The notes under the pieces were generated by a model that worked only from the letters and a program-made list of their open reading frames with translations, ran no database searches and was not told where the DNA came from. Below, in pieces: positions 59,901 through 64,000 of a stretch of DNA of 64,000 nt. Origin of the DNA: Macrostomum hystrix (taxonomy: Eukaryota; Animalia; Platyhelminthes). The translations under genes and the position numbers were made by a program. The stretch covers positions 5,828,001 through 5,892,000 of the forward strand of contig CATNEN010000029.1 in assembly GCA_950097015.1 (NCBI GenBank). The letters run 5' to 3'. Numbering within the stretch: position 1 is the stretch's first letter; each line of letters begins with the position of its first letter.

Positions 59901-61197
59901 GCACCATGCGGTTGTGGCTAAAAAGTTGGAAAAGTGGCCCGGCCGCCCCTAACTCTCTGTGCGCCCTGGCGTCTGAAAGTGGCACTGGGCGAAATAATGG
60001 GGAAAATAAGGGCGAGCTCCCAAGGCCGCGTATCTATCCCGATTCTCAAGCGAGTCGCGAAGGAGACCAAATGGTCGAAGGGGCAACAAGGGTGGGGGAG
60101 TGGGGAAGGGCAGATGACGGGATAAAATGGAGCCGAAAGCCGCAGGGAACAATTCGATGCTGAATCGGGTCGGCAAAAGGGTAAGGCGCGGCCGACTAGA
60201 AACATAGAGAGCGCTAGCGAGAGAATGAGAGTCTGGAAATAGCTGGAAACGATCGAATTAAGCAAAATGAGATAATGGAAGTCAGGCTCTGTGGACTAGA
60301 TCTCGAGCCAAGTGCCGCCGTCTCATAAAGCTCATCGGCCGCGAATCCCGATCTGCAGCCGCACGGACCTCATCGCCCCTCTCCCCCCAATGTGCTTCTC
60401 TCTTGCTCTCCCTCTTGCAGTAGACCCAATGTCTCTTGTCCCACCAATTTGAATTTCAAATGGACTCTGATGGAGGAGAAAATTGCCGAACCAAAAAAGC
60501 CGAGAGACCATAGTCGAGCAGCAGTGTCCCATTTTCTGTCCGGGAGCCCCTGGCCGCCACCTCTACCGTTCCGACCCCTCTCAAGCGCCCGCCCAGTCCC
60601 TTCAGTAATCCACTTAAAAAATGCCAACGTTTGGAGGCCGACCCCCAACAGCCCACCTCAGCCATAAATTTAATAGACAGGGGCAGCGCACCGACACTCA
60701 GACAAATTGATTTTACTGGCCGGCCGTTCTAGTCATCCCCTGCAGCCTCACGGCCCCAACCTCCCCAATGCAAACCATCCCAATCTAGGCATACACATAA
60801 GGAGGCTCTGGGATCTGACCGGCTGAAAGGCCCTGCCCCTGTTTGAGGAAGGCTGATAGCAGAGAGGATTCAGGAAAAATGGTGGCGGGAGATGTTTAAG
60901 TCCCTATGGAGTAACTGACGAGGGAACATTTGGCGGAAAGGGTAGACGGTAGACAGCTGGATGAGGGCGGATATCCGTCAAATGAGATAAGCCACGCAGC
61001 CAGTGATAGCCTGCATGCATCGGCGCTTGTCCCACTTGCCGTAAAGGGGGTGGAGCAGGGTTAGTGGAAATAACAATAACAAAGCCGCATTGCAGTTCTA
61101 TCTAAAGGCTTTAATTTATTTAAGACTGACACACAACTGGACTAATGACTTATAGAGTAATTTTAATGAGTCCCCTAAAAAATTATCAATTACTCAC

Positions 61198-61290
61198 CAT
61201 GGCCATTAGTGGCAGACGAAATCGCAAGTCCGTAATTGGTAGCGCAAAAGCCGGACAAATTTCTTGGTGACGACGCTTCATAACCATAAC
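61198..61290 (-). CDS. Candidate first exon of the RBMS-like gene
   Basis: Ends ATG GCC ATG|GTGAGT, a consensus donor in phase 0 with AAC ATG ATC at 53818. It would imply a 7.4-kb first intron. No independent support. Confidence 0.35.
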
Positions 61291-64000
61291 AGGCGGATGA
61301 TTGGAGTAGAGGCAAGTACTGATAACATCCAGCGCACTGGTTAAAAATTGATTTCTCTACCCTTTTCTCTGCTATTTTTGTTTCTGGGCGTCTCAGAAAT
61401 GCTTTTTTTTCTCTCCTCACGTAGCTTGTGTTTTCCAACAGAAAGGTGGGCCTTCAGCTAAGTCGTTCGGAGAGTAGCGGAGTTTCTCTGTTGGAGAGTG
61501 GATTTGCAGCAGGCCGTAAGGCAAGAGAATGAGAGAGAGCGCACACACCTAGCCGATATATTGACACAAGTGGCGCGTGCAAAAGTAGATTTTTTATACC
61601 GCTGGCTGCTGCCTTGTCACGGATTCGTTCAGCAGATTGGATTAACTAGGTAAGGACTGGAGCAACTTCAGAATGAATAAGCGTGCTCGCAGTGTGGATT
61701 GAGGAGACCTTTCTCTCGTTGAAAATATCTGTGACAGTGCAACAGATTGCGACGGCCAGTTCTTAATTCTTTGGATCTAACAGAGTGAGTGTTCTTTGCT
61801 CCGACTGAGATTGGATTGCTGGGGCGAAGGGAGCCAAATTTCTGATTTTTGCAGCGCGCTTTTTTGCGAACCAAAAACAAGACTCTCCTTGTGTATGTGC
61901 GTTTTTAACGGCAATAAAAAATTCCTTCTCTCAATTTAACTTTTTCTTTTAAGTCACTTTTCTACAATGCTTAGTCAGTCCAATAGGAATGGCTAGGCTC
62001 AGGTGGAGTTTCGGTTCGCGGAATGGCACACACGTTGAATATACTCAAGGGCTGTTTGTTTCCGAAAATCAACGCAGAGAGAAGGAGGCGAGCGAAATCC
62101 AATTTACAAGTCTTGCCTTTGTACAGGGAAAGGGAGTCGACTGGGAATGCAGGCCTTCTTGCTTTTATTATTTTTAGTTCTTCTCTGCCTGATGAGTCGG
62201 CACGGTATTGCGCTGAATTCTAAGCCTAGCCAATAAAGCGTCAGGTTCAGGTTTGCTTGTTATATCTTTGTGCGTAATTAAGTCGGTAATGTTGGCGTCA
62301 GGCGCTTTATGTATATATTAAGATTCAGACCGTGTTATGGATAATATAGCTATCCACTGCGCAGTGTGCGCTTGTGTACGGTCAGTTGAAGGCAAGTCGC
62401 TTCGGATTGCCTTCTTTATAGACGACGCAGAAAGCAAACTAGGAAAGGTAAGGTGCGGCTCAGGCTGCGCTTAGACCGCTGATGACTTACAGCTTGTGCT
62501 CGGACAAAACAATTTTGTAGCTAGGCAAAGTGAAGATGAGAAGCTTCTGGTGCTGCTCTCCGACACCGCACAATTGGCGGAGGAAAGGAAACTGAAGGGG
62601 AAATTTGTCCAATGTCAGGAACCAGCTTCCCTCCTCTCCAGCCCTGGGATACGGCAAATATACTCCCCTTCTCTCCTCGTTTCAACTCGTCCTCATCCCC
62701 AAACTCCCCGCCAGTTCCCACGTCCCGAGGGGGACCAGACCGATTGCCAGTGCCACCCATCCTACCCAAATCCCCGACCCAAGAGCTGACCAATGATGCG
62801 ATGCCATTCATGAATTGCCGCTCTCCCAAAAAAGATCCCAAATCCTAACGGATCCTAACGGAACGCGCCCCTTTCAGTCTCTGTATTTCTCTACTCCTGT
62901 GTGTGTCCCTGCTGCTGCTGCTGCTGCTGCCACCACTATCTCCCCCCTAGGGGCCAGCCAGCAATAATGAGCAGCGGGCGGCAAAGGCCCTCCCGTGGCG
63001 CCAGTTCGCCGCTTTGTTCGTCTCCGCGGAGACAGTAGTGGACTCAAGCAATAGTTGGAGAAACAGAACGCCGAACTCAGCTAACAGAGGGAGATTAGTT
63101 GCAGATAGTTTCATTATGGATCTTCCCACCTTCTTATCTTTCTTTGTCTTTTGTCAATTCAGCTAGCATTAATCAGGCCTCTCTCTGGAAGGCGATCTTT
63201 TATAAGAGAATGAACGGGCTTAGCCAGTAGTCTAATTGGGACATATTAACATACGGGCGAACGTTGCAATATCTGATTCACACGATCCATTGGCTGCCTG
63301 GCAGCTCAAACAAAAAGGGAATTAAGAAACGAGAATGATATACATGTATGTTGACTCGGCTATACTCGTAGATATAATTGTACGAGCAACTAGATACGGC
63401 CCTACAAAGCTGGCATTAACATATGTTGGGAGTGAAGCTTCTGGCTTAGATTCCCTGCGTGAACTGAACCTATTCTTTGCAGCATTTGAGGAGGACAGCA
63501 GGGATGGCGAAGGGATTTAGCCAAGATCAGGGGCAAGAGCAGAAACAGAAAGAGTAAAAGAGAACAGAATTCGAGATAGCATAGATAAAGCCCGGCTATA
63601 TATCGGCTGTCAGCTCCATTCCCGGTTCCATCTGTCGCCTGGTTGATTTGAGAATCCCTTAAAACCGTATGCTCTGCCCGAGTTTGCAAGAGAGCGGGAA
63701 GTATTTGACAGCTTGGTGCTGTTTTTAGCTTATTCCGCGCCTCGGATCATTTCGAATCAGTATTAGATTTGAATGAATTGTGCGAGGCAAGCAAAGCTTG
63801 GCAATTAGTTCTCCCTGAAAGCGTGGCTATGCCTTCCTAGCGCCGGACAAGGGATTATCACAGGGGGGGCAGAGGATTGGCAAGAAAATTGAGCGTGGGC
63901 CGAATAAGATAGCAGACCGGCTGTGTACAAGGAACTGAGAATAGGGAAACTAGAACAGGGATTCGAGTTGAGTGTAGCAGTAGAAAATGGAGACACATCC

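Noticed and set aside
57000-64000. Many short GC-rich ORFs on both strands
   Set aside because: No domain motifs, consistent codon bias or phase-compatible exon chain that I could recognise, apart from the tentative exon at 61.2 kb.

Overview
Eukaryotic (metazoan) genomic DNA with GT-AG introns, high-GC3 exons and many minisatellites. The gene and repeat style fits a Macrostomum-type free-living flatworm; this is inference, not a database match. Six host genes can be read by hand: a 7-exon P2X ATP-gated channel (+, 8857-20346), an intronless peptide-type GPCR (-, 21141-22208), two related neuropeptide precursors sharing a QTDAW[S/N]GHxIxxP peptide (+, 28427-28795 and 35074-35358), a 10-exon secreted periostin/TGFBI-like FAS1 protein (+, 38074-44096) and an RBMS/shep-family two-RRM protein (-, 46518-53818, possible 5' exon near 61.2 kb). 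Between the two neuropeptide genes lie an AT-rich ~3 kb Polinton/Maverick (adintovirus-like) relic and an RNase H-type LINE fragment. Also present: a 2A/StopGo motif, an RTE fragment, two tRNA-derived SINE families and about 18 tandem arrays. Most long ORFs in the supplied track are artefacts of those arrays or antisense shadows of real exons. No CRISPR array, rRNA or intact tRNA was found. I could not assign 57-64 kb.
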